Source of the DNA: Mytilus californianus
Lineage: Eukaryota
Assembly (NCBI RefSeq): GCF_021869535.1
Contig: NW_026262723.1
Location: forward strand, 59,024,001 to 59,088,000
Reading direction: 5' to 3'
Length of the DNA: 64,000 nucleotides
Part shown: one piece after another, positions 1 through 13,800 of the stretch
How the letters are laid out: every line of letters begins with the position of its first letter
How positions within the stretch are numbered: the stretch's first letter is position 1
Made by a program: the position numbers and the translations under genes
Notes under the pieces: generated by a model
What the model saw: only the letters and a program-made list of their open reading frames with translations
Told to the model about the DNA's origin: nothing
The model's database searches: none

Positions 1-670
1 AGAGGGGTCTAAATACAGCACAAACAACATTTTCCAAAAGGCCAAAAAAATTAAAAAGTATATTTAAACAAAACGCATTTGCCTAACAGGTCGAACAACG
101 GATGTTCTTTAACCCTGCTGACTGCCATTGGAGATTGCCATATAAACGGATGACAAGATGTAACAAAATGGATCTTTATAATTAATTTAATACCAAACAG
201 GAAACAATAAACTTGCGGAAAAGATGGTATACCGCAAACATGAGGTGCAAAAATTTGTACACCATATCCGGATTTCGACAATTAATGTCTCTTCAGTGAT
301 GTTAGGAATCGAAACGGTATTTGGAAGGCCATATAATTTACCTCAATTTAGGATAGACTCTTGAATTTTGAAGAGTCGAAATAGGATGAACGGATCATAT
401 AAACCCGAAAGTAAATATAATACAATATAATATATATATGTAACTATTACATCTACATTAACTATAGCCGGTAATATGGTGTGAGTTGCAAACAATATAA
501 TCTCGTTCAATTTTTCGATGAAACTATTAAAATTACATAAGTTGCTAAATACAGGAACTTTTCTATATGGATATTTACTAAATGAATTGTTCAAATTGAG
601 AACTCACATTAAAATATTACAATGAAACTTCACTTTCTAAGTGGCATGTTGGAGCACGTCTTTATGAAAT

Positions 671-795
671 AGTAAAAGCTCAATGATAAGTTAATATTGA
701 TATTAAAAGACCTCCGAACAAAAAGGGATTTGAACAGCCCTTTTTGTGAGGAGGTCTTTTAATGTCAATAGCAACTTAATCATTGACCTTTTACT
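671..795. repeat. Short foldback (imperfect palindrome, ~55-bp arms)
   Basis: caatgataagtt..attgatattaaaagacctcc..acaaaaaggg / ccctttttgt..ggaggtcttttaatgtcaat..aacttaatcattg are reverse complements around a ~10-nt loop. Confidence 0.8.
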
Positions 796-1473
796 AACTT
801 TCAAACTGTCAAAAACATTAGAAAAGTACACTAAAACACTTGCAGAAACCTAATTCCCCTGAATTGGTCGAGTCTAAATATATTCAACACAAATGATAGT
901 TAAACAGTACTCAGACTGATATAGACAAATAACAGTTACCTAATTGCATTCAAAACGGACCGATTAAATGGCATTACATCATTTAATTATTTATTTATTA
1001 TATTTTTTTAGCATCTAGATAGGACCATTAGATAGTTTTATGAAATTAAGGGGTAAATTTATATTTTTGAATTCCAAATTTTCAATATAACGATTTTCTA
1101 TTTGATAAATGAGGAAATCAAAAGCCCTATACAGACCTCATTTACAATTGACCAATGAATGTTCTGCACCAAAACTTCTTGTTATATATATTTGATGTTT
1201 TTAATCTGTCAGTAATCATGAAATAGATTCGTAAAGACACCAAATGAAAACAGTAGGTAAACTCTTCCAACAATTAGCTATTTAAACAGCATGTTTCACA
1301 ACTTCTAATCGAACAGACCTAGATGCATAAGGTCCTTCACAATATTCAGGTAAATGTTCATTTTGGTTTTGATTCTATAATTTTCCTACACTACGTTTCA
1401 TGCAAATGCAAAATAATTAGTGTTTTCTGTTCTGTCCAATTAATTAATAAATCGTATTTTTAGGTTTGATTTT

Positions 1474-1580
1474 GCGGTATGGGCTTTGTTCATTGTTGAA
1501 GGACGTACGGTGACCTATAGTTGTTAATTTCTGTGACATTTGGTCTTTGTGGAATGTTGTCTCAGTAGCAATCATACCTG
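1474..1580 (-). repeat. Partial copy of interspersed repeat family C
   Basis: Reverse complement of the ggtatgattgccaatgagac...ggtcaccgtac...caatgagcaaagccc segment at 21780-21885. Confidence 0.8.
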
Positions 1581-2294
1581 GCTCGATCAAAAAGTGTATA
1601 GATGGAATATTTTCTCAAGGTTGATAATCATTCTTAAATTGAAATACAATATATTATATGAAAACAAACACTTTTATTTTAGTCGTCCGTCATTCCCTTT
1701 TCACATCTAAATGTAGTATAAACAAACAACTTGAAAACAGCCTTTTACCTTTCTAAGTTTTATAGCCTGACAAAACCTTATATCATAAATCGCAATTAAA
1801 TCGTAGATAAGAACCATAGTAAAAACGTTAAAAAAGTATAGGTGTTTAGTTATGTAGTAAATTGCAATACCATAAAAAAAAGTTTGCACTATCATTGAGT
1901 AATTTAAATGGAAATTTTACAGAATAACATTTTACAAGATCTTGTCTTCGTGTACTATGTACATTGATCGATTTATGGAGTTGGTTGATTGTTGTTTGCT
2001 TTACCTCCAGTGGCAAATATTTCATGCATGTTCATGATGAGAACACATGAATTTTAAATACAATAGGTAGATCTTGCAATAGGATGTAGACATTGAGGTA
2101 GGACGTGAAAATTGGAATATCACTGGAAACTGAGGATATATTGAATAAAGACAGAATTTAGCCTTGCAGCAGCTGGCCACATCCGAACCCCTTAAATAAT
2201 TGGTGCAAAAATAGTGAATTTGCAGAGAGCATTGATCCATTAAATCTATTCAGAAGTCGGCCATCCATATTTACGTGTAGTTTCTAAAATAATT

Positions 2295-2520
2295 TTTTTC
2301 GAATCTCGACCGGGTCTAACAAAGACGTAAAAATGGTACATGTATTTGCTGTTTCAACGCTAAACTAGCGGTATTTCAAAGTAAGAGCACAGACTTGTCG
2401 GTTCGGAGCCAGAAATGTTTCCGGGTATGGTGACTATATTCTTCCTGCGAAATGATATCTTCATGTGAACTTACGCGTAAAAAAACTGGCTCAGCGTGTC
2501 GATCTAGTACAAAGCAGGGT
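2295..2520 (+). mobile_element. Degenerate SINE-like body
   Basis: B-box-like remnant (ttcgaatctcgaccggg) followed by sequence resembling, from memory, a mollusc SINE central domain; not database-checked. Confidence 0.4.
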
Positions 2521-2689
2521 TAATACTCATATTATATTTTTTACATGTAATTGTCCTGAGTATTCATTTATTATTCCATATTGATAGAATTTTAGTAGGG
2601 TTTTCTATATGAATTGGATTTTGAATAAAAAAGCATATTAACCTGCTGAAAAAGTATATTCACCGCGGAAAACGCCGCGTGCTTTTACG

Positions 2690-2992
2690 TGTATAATAAC
2701 GGTAAAATGTTTGACGTACAATTGGTTTTAATAAATAACTGTTATTAAATACATATTTTTCTCTTTCGGAACATCGTATAAAACAATTACTGTCTTTTGT
2801 TTCGGTAAATATGTGGTTTAATTGACTTTTGAAAAACCTAGTGACATTCACTTCGGCCGTTGGCCTCAGTGAATATCAGTTTTTCAAAAGTCAATAAAAC
2901 CACATATTTACCTCATCAAAAGACAGTAATTGTATAATATTCCACTTGACGTCATTCATTATCATCATTTATTTTACCGTTATTCTATACAG
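2690..2992. mobile_element. Foldback/MITE-like palindrome
   Basis: Inner arms acaattactgtcttttg (2783) / caaaagacagtaattgt (2917-2933) and ggtaaatatgtggttt..ttgacttttgaaaaac with its complement; outer aataacggtaaaa / ttttaccgttatt; GC-rich central loop. Confidence 0.8.
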
Positions 2993-3990
2993 TGAAGTGT
3001 TTTTCTTCTACTGGTTTATATTACACCATCTTTAATTTCCACCGATCGAAATTTAAAAAAAAGATGGCAGGTGATGTTTTTCAACCAAACACTTGTGCTT
3101 GTCAGGATATCTTTAACTGTAAATAATGTTGTGATAGATATTGTTAAATTAATTCCGTAATTTTCAGTCATGGGACAGTTTTGAGCTTATTCTGTATACG
3201 CATCTTTGACTCTTAGTATTTTGATTTTTCTGTGTCGTTGGGTAGCTGCCACATTAATGTATACCTTTATCTCATTTCATTCAAATCCAAAGGCTTGACT
3301 TGGGTATAGAAACATTGACCGCTCTGGATCTCTCTAGTCCGACAGTATACCCTTGCTAAAGGGGTGTGTCAGTTTGGATGTTCGGCTGCTTTTATAACAA
3401 CTATTATACCAGATATAAAAAAAAACTTGAAACAGCAAATTTTGTCCCTTAGACCCCGTTTACACTAGGACATTTAGATCGATTTAAACTAGATCGGTTC
3501 ACTTTAGTGACTGCCGTCGTTGTACGCTTATGATTTATTGCCACTCAATGCAGATTTTTTTTCTGTTCTTCGCCCCTCCTCCTAGTATGGTTGGATAGGA
3601 TATAATGTAACCCCTAATGTGGACTACGTTATTGTATGTTCAAAAAGATTAAATGCAAAGAGAAAAATAAGGAAAGAAATGGTGAAATTAACGCTTGAAA
3701 ATTAAATTTATAAATAATGGTAAACTGCCTGAGATAACTATCAACTAAAGACTAATGATTGTACATCACTTAATGGTGCTGATTAATAAATTGCTCCCTT
3801 GATGTCCAGTGGCAAATATGTCATGCATATTTACGACGAGATGTAAAGTGGATCAAACTTAAGCAAATGATAACAATTTTAGAGCATCACTTTAATAAGA
3901 TGTAGCGTTGACTAGAGGTAAAATGTATGCCGTTATAGAACAAAGTTGAACCACGATCAAAATCGTAAGTTAAGTTATGAGCTCCCCCCC

Positions 3991-5482
3991 TTTTTAGCTC
4001 ACCGTTCCGAAGGAACAGTGAGCTTCTGCCATCACTTGGCGTCCGTCGTCGTCTGTCGTCGTCCGTCGTCGTCTGTCGTCGTCCGTCGTCCGTCGTCCGT
4101 CGTCGTCTGTCGTCGTCCGTCGTCCGTCGTCGTCCGTCCTCGTCCGTCGTCGTTCGTCTGGTGTAAACTATTTCAAACATCTTCTCCTCTGAAACTATTG
4201 AACCAATTCCAACCAAACTTAAGCTGAATGATGCTTAGGGTATTTAGAATAAAGTATGTGTTTTATTAACTGTTTCGTAAAATAACATGGCCGCCATTGC
4301 TAAAAATAGAACATAGGGGTAAAATGCAGTTTTTGGCTTATATCTCAAAAACCAAAGCATTTAGAGCAAATCTGACATGGAGTTAAAGTGTTCATAAGGT
4401 GAAGTACTATCAGCCCTGAAATTTTCAGTTGAATCTGATAACTCATTGTTGGGTTGCTGCCACTAAATTGGTAGTTTTAAGGAAATTTTGCAGTTTTTGG
4501 TTATTATCTCGAATATTATTAATGATAAAGATAAACTGAACAGCAAAATGTTCAGCAAGGTAAGATCTGCAAATAAGTTCGTATGATCAAAATTGTGAAT
4601 TAACCCCTTAAGGAGGTATTGCCCTTTAAGGACAATTTTTACACAATTTCTTTATCATGTTTTCTAACTTTAAAAAGTCTTCTCTGAAACTACTAAACCA
4701 ATTCCAACCAAACTTAAGCTGAATGATTCTAAGGGTATCTAGAATAAAGTTTGTGTTTTATTTTCTGTTTCGCAAAAGAACATGGCCGCCATGGCTAAAA
4801 ATAGAACGTAGGGGTAAAATGCAATTTTTGGCTTATATTTCAAAAACAAAAGCATTTAGAGCTAATCTGATGAGAATTAAAAATGTTTATTAGGCCAAGC
4901 TCTGTCAGCCCTGATATTTTCAGATGAATCTAACAACCCATTGTTGGATTGCTGCCACTTAATTTGTAATTTTAAGCAAATTTTGCAGATTTTGGTTATT
5001 ATCTTGAATATAATTAAAGATAGAAATAAACTGTAAACAGAAAAAATGTTCAGCAAAGTAAGATCTACAAATAAGTTCGCATGACCAAAATTGTCAATTG
5101 TCCCCTTAAGGAGGTATTGCCCTTTAAAATCATTTTTTCACAATTTGTTCATTTAGTTTGCTTACTTTAAAAAATCTTCTCCTTTGAAACTGCTGAATCA
5201 ATTTCAGCCAAACTTGGGCTGAATGAGTTTCAGAGTATTTAATATAATTTTTTTATTTTATTTTCTTGTACGTGAAGAAACATAGGCACTATGGCTAAAA
5301 TGAAACATAGGGGTACAATGCATTTCTTTGATTTTGATGAAAATATAACAGATACAAAAAACATTTCAATGGAAGTTTTAAGCCATTCATTAATATATAT
5401 TGAAAAGCAAAAATAATCATTGATGAAAGATTGAAGCAATAAATTACAGGTGAGCGATTCAGGCTCTTGAGAGCCTCTTGTT
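3991..5482 (+). mobile_element. Non-autonomous Helentron-associated element (HINE/DINE-1-like) with internal tandem repeats
   Basis: T-run + agctcacc 5' subTIR, gttccgaaggaac hairpin, agtgagct inverted copy, (CGTC/GTC)n microsatellite, ~498-bp units starting ~4180/4678/5176, 3' caggtgagcg subTIR, aggctcttgagagcct stem-loop, T-run. Same architecture at 59455-60470. Confidence 0.7.
4040..4158 (+). repeat. (GTC/CGTC)n compound microsatellite
   Basis: Directly visible; explains the low-complexity ORFs 3887..4216 and 3946..4227. Confidence 0.95.
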
Positions 5483-7848
5483 TTTCCTCCGGTAGACAAA
5501 TGCCAAAAACGAAACGATATGAATTCACAATCAATAACGGCCACTGTGCGATATGGACTTATTTTGAAAATAAATTCCTTTTGCAGCCTGCATTTCCCGG
5601 TTTTGGACATGTTTGTATTTCCACTCAAATACCGTTTGATTATTGACCGGAGATATTAAATCAACCAACAGCACTTTATTTCACCGAAATTGTACATAAT
5701 GGTATTTCATTTTTTTACCCGATCCTATGTTGGACCCCCAGATTTTAAGAGGGCGTGTCTTATTAGTCATGCCCGATTGACTTTTAGTAAAAAAAACCTG
5801 CAACTTAAAGACCTACACCGGGTTAATAAGTTCGAGGTTCAATAAGTAAACAAAAGAGATCTTTTGTGTAGTGAGATCGTCCCAGGTGTCTTGGATATTT
5901 ATTTTGCTTTGAATAAAAATGAAAAATGCACGAACAGGTTTGTAATTGAATTTCAACCACATGAATAAGAAGCTTCACCTCCCGAAAACTCATATACCAT
6001 CTGTCATATATACAAATACGTGCTCGATACATGTGTTCTGCATGATAAAACTTAGTTATCACTTGAGCAATTGTTCATTGGGTAAAAACTTCTAATAACT
6101 TTATATCGTTCGGATCATTAAAGACCGCCCTTTTCAAAGTACTGATAAAACTACATTATGTTTAATTTATTATTTAATGTTGAACCGAAGAATATGTTTA
6201 CCTACGTTCAACTGAAGATAGTGAATGACATAAATATAGGATTTCATTGTTACCGATAAAAAACAAATTCAAAATGAGTAGTCGACCGAGTGTTTCATCT
6301 TTGTAATAAAAGACGTTTTATTGATTGAAAACGGTAAGATATTATTTTAATTTATTATTTTGGTTCTCGTTTTGTAAAAGAAAGTACACATCAATACATT
6401 TTGAAAAAGTATGAAGGGGTATACGGTATATGTATTTTTATATGTCATTTTATTGGAAATCGCTATTAGAAACATCCGTTTGAATATAACATTTACATAA
6501 TGTATTCCCTATGTCTTGCTCCTTTTGGAGTTCACGCGATTTTCCAAGTTTGTTGGTGGTTTTCTTTACCTTGCTTTGTATCTTCTTAGTGGATTAATAA
6601 CTACTGTTGCCTCTAACTTATACTTTTTGATAGTCCTTAAATGGATCTAACTTATTCAAATATTACTCATAGATATGACAAGGCAGTAATACGGTTACCC
6701 CAAGATGCAATTGCTATCAGTCAAGGTCATCACAAAATCTATATTTCTGCTTTATTAGTCTGTCTTATATAATATATACGACGAAAATAACAGATGATGA
6801 ACATAAGTGTTTAACATTGAAAATGTCCTTGACTTTATAATAAGTCCTCTATTATTTTGTACTTGATAATGTAAAAAGTAGTATACCGCTGTTCAATAGT
6901 CATAAATCGATTAAGCAGAAACAAATCCGGTTCACAAACCAAATACTTACATACATACATTATTATTTCATAAGTGACGTATTCGCTTCGGTGCTCTTTA
7001 AAATCTGTTTAATTAAAATATACTATTTTAAATTGGCCAATGTTCAAGAAAAAGAATTACAATTTTCATAAATCGTTTGGTTTTATTGAAGTTTGAATAT
7101 ATGGAAGTATTATATAAAAAGTCTGTAAGAGGTTTCCTAATTGGACTTTTGAAGATTATTTTTGTATACACTTAATATCGGTGTGTTTTATGAATTACAA
7201 TTTTAACCATTTGGAGGAGTTTTGATCTCCAACTTAATATATTTTACGTGGTCACTTTTTGTATTCACAGGAAACAATTTTCTGTACACACAATCACTTT
7301 CAAACAACCGTTAACCGATACAGATGACTGTATATACCTTAGGTGAATATCGAAAATGACAGGTTATTTAGATGGATGGAGTAAATGACTGTTTGATTCG
7401 TGTACATGTGCATGAAATAATTTTGTAGTATTATATAGAACCACAAAACAAAAAGTGTAGAAATTATTTATTCGTTATCAAATAAGACAGTACATGTAGT
7501 TATTCATTTCAATTTCCGCAATTTTCCTCTAAAAATTTTTTCGAAAGGTTTAAATTTTCTTTCTTTCCCAATTTATGTCATAACTGTACACAACTAAATG
7601 CAACGAATCAATAAATTTGTTTAAACGTCATCTGTTTTTTACTACATATGAGCCAGGTGTTAATGGTTGGTGTGGTCTGTTGTATTGTACGATATTAATG
7701 TCGATTCCTGTAGTAACTTTTTATGTATAAAAATGGTTTCGGCAAAGTATGTACATTATCCCATCACCCGTCCAGGGACCTTCCAGTATTATTTGTATTT
7801 GATATATTTGGTATTTCCTCTTCTTTTTCATCAGATAATCTACATAAG

Positions 7849-10800
7849 ATGGCCATGAATTCGAGCTACCTTCTTGTGGCCGCTATTGATTTTGGAACAA
7901 CATATTCTGGTTACGCCTTCTCGTTAAAGTACGCATTTGATAAAGATCCTTTGACAATTGATGCAAATCAGGCCTGGAATGCTGGTGGAAAACAACTACT
8001 TTCATTAAAAACACCAACATGTTTGTTGTTAGATTCTAACAAACACTTTGACTCATTTGGATACGAAGCTGAAAACAAGTATGCAGAAATTGTAATGGAA
8101 AACGAACAAGACAAGTATTATTATTTCCACAGATTTAAAATGTGTTTGCACAAAAATAAGGTAAATATGAAATATTCATGCATTTTAGGTTTAGACAATG
8201 GAAGAAGGAGAAATTTAAGTTATCTAAATTCAAGGCAATGTGTAAGAAATGTGCATTGTTAAAAAATAGATACTTTTACAAATTGTGACTTGGATGGAGA
8301 GTTGTCTCATTGGCACTCATACCACATCTTCATAAATCTAATTACGAGAAACCGAATAACAAAATGACGTATTTTTTTATGGATTCATGTTGTTCTCATT
8401 AAGACTTAAAAAAGAATGTTTGTTACTGCCTCAACTGGAAATTTAGGTCGAAATAATAAACATAGACATTGTAATAATATTGTTGTATACTTCCTGCATC
8501 TATATAAATAAGCTTTATTTGATTGAATTATGTGATAGTAAGTAAATTTTAACATGAACAAAAACGAATATTTCAGAATGTCTCAAGAGAAATGATACTG
8601 AAGGATATAACAGGCAAATCAATGCCAGCAATTGATGTTTTCGCTTTATCTATAATGGCTCTGAAGAATCATCTGATATCATATTTGGTCACGAAAGGTA
8701 CAGGAGTAGAGTCGAGGGATATAAGATGGGTTTTAACTGTTCCTGCAATTTGGACAGATAATGCAAAATATTTTATGAGAGAAAGTGCAGAAAAGGTAAT
8801 ATGATGTGTTATTCCGTATTTCAGATACTGTTATTCATCTTGTTTAATGGTCATTCGTAATATATAAAATAACTTGTAAGATCCTTCACAGTCATTTATG
8901 GGGTTCGTGTTGCTCAGTCTTTAGTTTTCTATGTTGTGTTTTGTATATTGTTGCTTGTCTTTTGAGCGTTTTTCATTTTTTGCCATGATGTTGTCAGTTT
9001 GTTTTCGACTTATGAGTTTGAATGTCCTTTGGTATCTTTCGCCTCTCTTATATACATGATATAACCTTATTAAAAAAATCGCAAGTGTTTTGTCATTGTT
9101 ACACTAGTGTGAAAAGTGTACCTGCATTTAGAACTACATCATATATTATGCGGTAAAAGGTAGCGTGTTAATGGCTGTGCAATATTAATTTAAAACAATA
9201 ACATTATACATATAAACAATATACTCATACTCACGGTTATTGTTTTTATAGTTTTAGCCTTATTCGTCATTTCGCCATTGTGTAAATCCGTCATTCCGCA
9301 ATAAACAGTTATACGGAATTCCTTTCTAAACGCCTTCTCACATTGAGCTAATTTCTAGTATGTTAGTATACTATGACGAGTTATAGATCGAGTTTACGTT
9401 TGGTTCCGATCAGCTGATTTTTGCCGAAATTATAGGCTTTGGACTTTGGAAATATCGTGAAAATAAGTTATACGGACTTTTTTTTTAAAAACGCATTCAT
9501 ATATTGAGCTGAAATTAGTATGTGAGTCTACTATGATGAGTTACAGATAGAGTCAACGTTTGATTCTGCTCCGCTGATTTTATTTTATTATACGGACTTT
9601 CATTCTCAAATTTCCACTCCTAAAAATGGCTTCAAGCTTTTTTGTGAGCTGGGCCATTCGTGTCGTTCCGACACATTTAGTTTGAAAGTTGTTTCTAATA
9701 CCCTGTAGAAGTAACGATTGTGATAATGCAAGGTATCACCCATTAAAGACGCCTTTATTAGAACATATTTTTATATTCTGGCAAGCCTTACAAAAAAAAG
9801 GAAAATAACAAAAATGCCGAACTCCAAAGAAAATCCCAAACGGAAAGTCCCCTATTAAATGGCAAAATCAAAAGTTGTAGAATGTAAACGACATAGGATG
9901 CGACAAGAGTAACGTCTTCATCTAAAGAAGGAAGGTTAAAACCGTCTCTTTTGTCGTATAATTTAGATTTATTTTGTAATTTTGTACCAACGCAGTTAAG
10001 ATTTAAAGTTGACAAACTGAATTGTAATTATAAGTAAGATATCAGTTAACAAAAGCATGTAAATAGAATAAAGTAATTGGCAAAGAAGGATTTGTACATT
10101 ATATATATTTTAAGAAAGGTTTTGCAACATAAATATATATCCATTGACCAAAAGCAGAAAGAAATTATGTAGAAAACAACACAACTATATTGAACAGCCA
10201 TCATAATTTCTCAAATTTGATGATTTTTATCAACAATTTAAATTGCCTCCAGTAGATAAAAATTATGATGATAACATTAAAGCTAAACCTAACTGATCAA
10301 GCTTAAGGTTGTATGTCAATTGAGGTTCATCAAAAGGAATTGAAAAATATGGTCGTGTTTACACCACAAAATCTTCTCTGAGTACAGACAAACCGATGAA
10401 TCTAGGAAAGTTTTAAAGTATGGCCGGACCTTAGATATATAAAAGTTATATGTAGTTTATGTTACAGAAAATCAAAACTTAGCTGGATTTTGTTGTGCAT
10501 TTTTCCAGTCTGCAAAAGATAGGAAAATAAATTAACACATAAGTTTTATTTAATACGGTCCACTCAGGTACACAGTTTAAATCACCTATTGTTTGCAGGT
10601 AACTATTGTCCTTTTAAATCAATATAACTCACAACATTTATGATATGAGGGGAGCTTCTCAAACATCTCTCTCAACTTAGTTTATTTTAGCACCTTCTGC
10701 AGGAATAATAAAAAAAATGAATATCAAAATTCAGTGAAGCTTTTAATATTCTGGAACTTAAAATGCATTTAAACTTTATATATCTAGCTATATATAGGTC

Positions 10801-13800
10801 CAGCCATGCTCCAAAACTTTTATATGTGCACAGGTTTGTCTGTACAAATTTGTGAAATTTGTGGTGTAAATACGGCCATATTTGCTAAAAGGTTATGATG
10901 AACCTTAAAGGTAGAAACTGATTAAGTACTATAATTATTTACTTCCACGTTGTTACAATCTATACATCGAATTGAATATCGTAAGATGACCTTTACCAAT
11001 TTATATGTAAAAGTATAATAACATTTTACATTGACTATTTATTACTTTGAAAGGCTGGTATACCGAAGGATAATCTCCTCCTCGCATTAGAACCTGAAGC
11101 TGCTTCCATATATTGCCAATACCTACCCACAGAAAAATTCACTGGTATAGAACCGGGATTCACAATGTCAGAACCAGGAACCAAGTATATGATTGTAGAT
11201 ATTGGAGGTAATTACAGCTTGTCATCCTTTTTACCAAAGTACTAGTACTCATAGTAAAATAGGGTTGGATCAAATACATTAAAACTATCTTCAGAAGAGA
11301 TTATTTCCTTCGATAAAAAGTATACAATAAAAACGTAGCAGGGTTAAATTGGCTAACTGGCATTGATGTTTATAAACCGTTCTTCTAGTAAAATACAATT
11401 TCATTTTAAGTTGGGTTTGACTTTTTTTTTAATAAAAATTACAAAATGTTAGCAAATATATATTTTTATGCATTGTAAAATATTAAAAAAATTATATAAA
11501 TTAAACAAATTCGATTTTTTGTTCCACGATCACATTAAAACAGAAACGCAGTAGATTTAGATATTTACAAATCAGATTTTGTGTCGCACTATTATCTGGA
11601 ATATTTTTAATCACATTGGTTGTATCTCGATATTGCTATTGATAATCAGTTTAAGGTTGTTATACAGAACGTGTTAAAATTTACAATCCACGAATGTGAT
11701 GTACATACAACAAGTCATGTGATCTATTTAATAGGTAGGCATATGGAAAGGGTTTTCCCGTTGAAATTCAATATACTTTTACTATACTAACTATATTTGG
11801 CCAACAAAAACATTAGAGGAAAAAAAAGAAATAAACCAATGACTTATAGGAAAGGCGAACATAAAAAAACAAGACACAGAAAACTATTTAGGCAACACGA
11901 ATCCATGAAAACACGAGAGTAAATTGAAATTTTCAAAAAGGTTATCAGCTCCTGCTTCACTAGTTGTGCCGTCGTGTTGCTCATGGCAAGTAAAATACTG
12001 TGATCAGCTTCATCAGCTTATTTCATGTATGAATGACAGATCAGGTAAATAGGATTATTGTATCAAGTGCGAAAAGTAAAATAACAAAATGCCGAACTTC
12101 CAGGAAAATTCAAAAGGAAAGTCCCTAATCAAATGGCAAAAACACATCAAATGAATGGAAATCCACTGTCATATTCCTGACTTGGTACGGCATTTCCTTA
12201 TGTAGAAAATGGTGGATTAAACTTGCTTTTTAAGCTAGCTAAACCTAAACCTTGTATGACAGTCGCATAGAATTCCATTATATTGACAACAATGTGTAAG
12301 CAAAATAAACAGACATAATAGAAAAAAATGTCAAAAAAATGGAGTATTGCAGTCACTATTATGTTATAATCTTAATCAGTATAAAAACAAACAACTATGT
12401 CAACAAAGAAAAACAAATTGGCATACAGACACTCTATAGACAAAGCATATAAGCAAAAATGAGAGACACGAATATAAAAAATGACCATAACACAATAACA
12501 CAATGGCGAGATGTATAAATACCGAGCCACGCCAAAAGGATAATACCATAAATACACTAAACAGTAAAGTTTAAAAATATCAAAGACAAATGAAAAGAAC
12601 ACTCTAACACGTAATTAAGATGATAAACAACGTCAGTACCTCGAATCTATACTTCAAGACAATCATGTATTATTTGTGGAGTTGATACGGAATATTTACC
12701 AACAAGGTCCTGGTATCTTTTTTTAGAAAAAAGGATTAGACGTACTTGATTTGGTTTAATAATTGTTTTGTCTTGAGCACCTCTAACAACCCTCATGTAG
12801 ACAAAACATGCGTCTTGCGTTCTCACTTTGAAGTCTCTAACCTTTTCTGAGTCTTTTTCAGAAGTAATTCTAACAGGACTTATTAATTCACATTAATTCA
12901 TAACATTGCACCAAATATCTAAAAAAAAAAATCATTTATTTTTTTCTTTTTATTTCAAAGTTATTTAGGATTTACCTAAACCAATTCATGCGTTTGTTAT
13001 TCTAATGCCCAACATATAGACGGGACACTTTCATTGTCTGTATTCTCTTAATCCATGCTCATAAATGAACGTATTGCACTATTTACAAATGTTTCAGCAC
13101 TTATTGCTATGCTAAATTTCCAGCTTTTGATCAGAAAAATTTAAAACAAAATATGTAAATGTTTCCAAAATATAGTGAGTATAATGTTTATCAACCATAA
13201 GTAATAATGTAGAAAACGATTTTTAAAGCACCATGATATTCTTTAGGCGGAACAGCAGACATCACAGTTCATAAAAAATTATCTGATGGTTGTTTGAAGG
13301 AATTATGTCGAGCTACTGGTGGAAAGTGTGGGGGCACTTGTGTTGATTCAGAATATATACAAATGTTAATCAGCATATTAGGCGAATCTCTTATTGAAAT
13401 ATTTAAACGAGAAAATCCTGAATCCTACCTTGACTTAATCAGAGAATTTGAAACTAAAAAGAGAACAATCACATTTTCACCAGATACGAAAAAGGTTAAC
13501 ATGGTTATACCAATGACGGTAGTAAACAAACTTTGTAAAACACACATAAACAAAGATTTTAAAAGTGCATTAGCATCGTCACAGTTTTCTGATTCCATAG
13601 TCATTCGCGGTGATAAAGTGCGAATCGACACTGATGTCTTCAAGAAATTGTTTGACAAAACAATTGCAGATATTCTAGAACTTATTCAAGAAATTTTCAA
13701 AATGAAAAAAGCAAACTCCCTAAATCAGATTCTTCTTGTCGGTGGTTTTTCGACATGCGTCCTTGTTCAAGAGGCTGTTCGACGTGAATTTTCAAACTGT

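Noticed and set aside
343-594. 83-aa hydrophobic ORF with a DPFIL motif faintly like GPCR TM7
   Set aside because: TTG start, stop just upstream, AT-rich low complexity, no further TM segments
3452-3500. ccccgtttacactag resembling a Harbinger terminus
   Set aside because: No matching second end found
3887-4227. Two overlapping ORFs rich in R/T/D or V/S/R
   Set aside because: Translation of the CGTC microsatellite
4180-5300. Regularly spaced repeats as a CRISPR-like array
   Set aside because: Whole ~500-bp units repeat without unique spacers; eukaryotic context
7050-7830. Heat-shock elements upstream of the HSPA12 genes
   Set aside because: No array of three alternating nGAAn units seen by eye
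7723-7848. N-terminal extension of G1 in the ORF track
   Set aside because: Crosses a pyrimidine tract and acceptor (7833-7834); paralogs start at the equivalent Met
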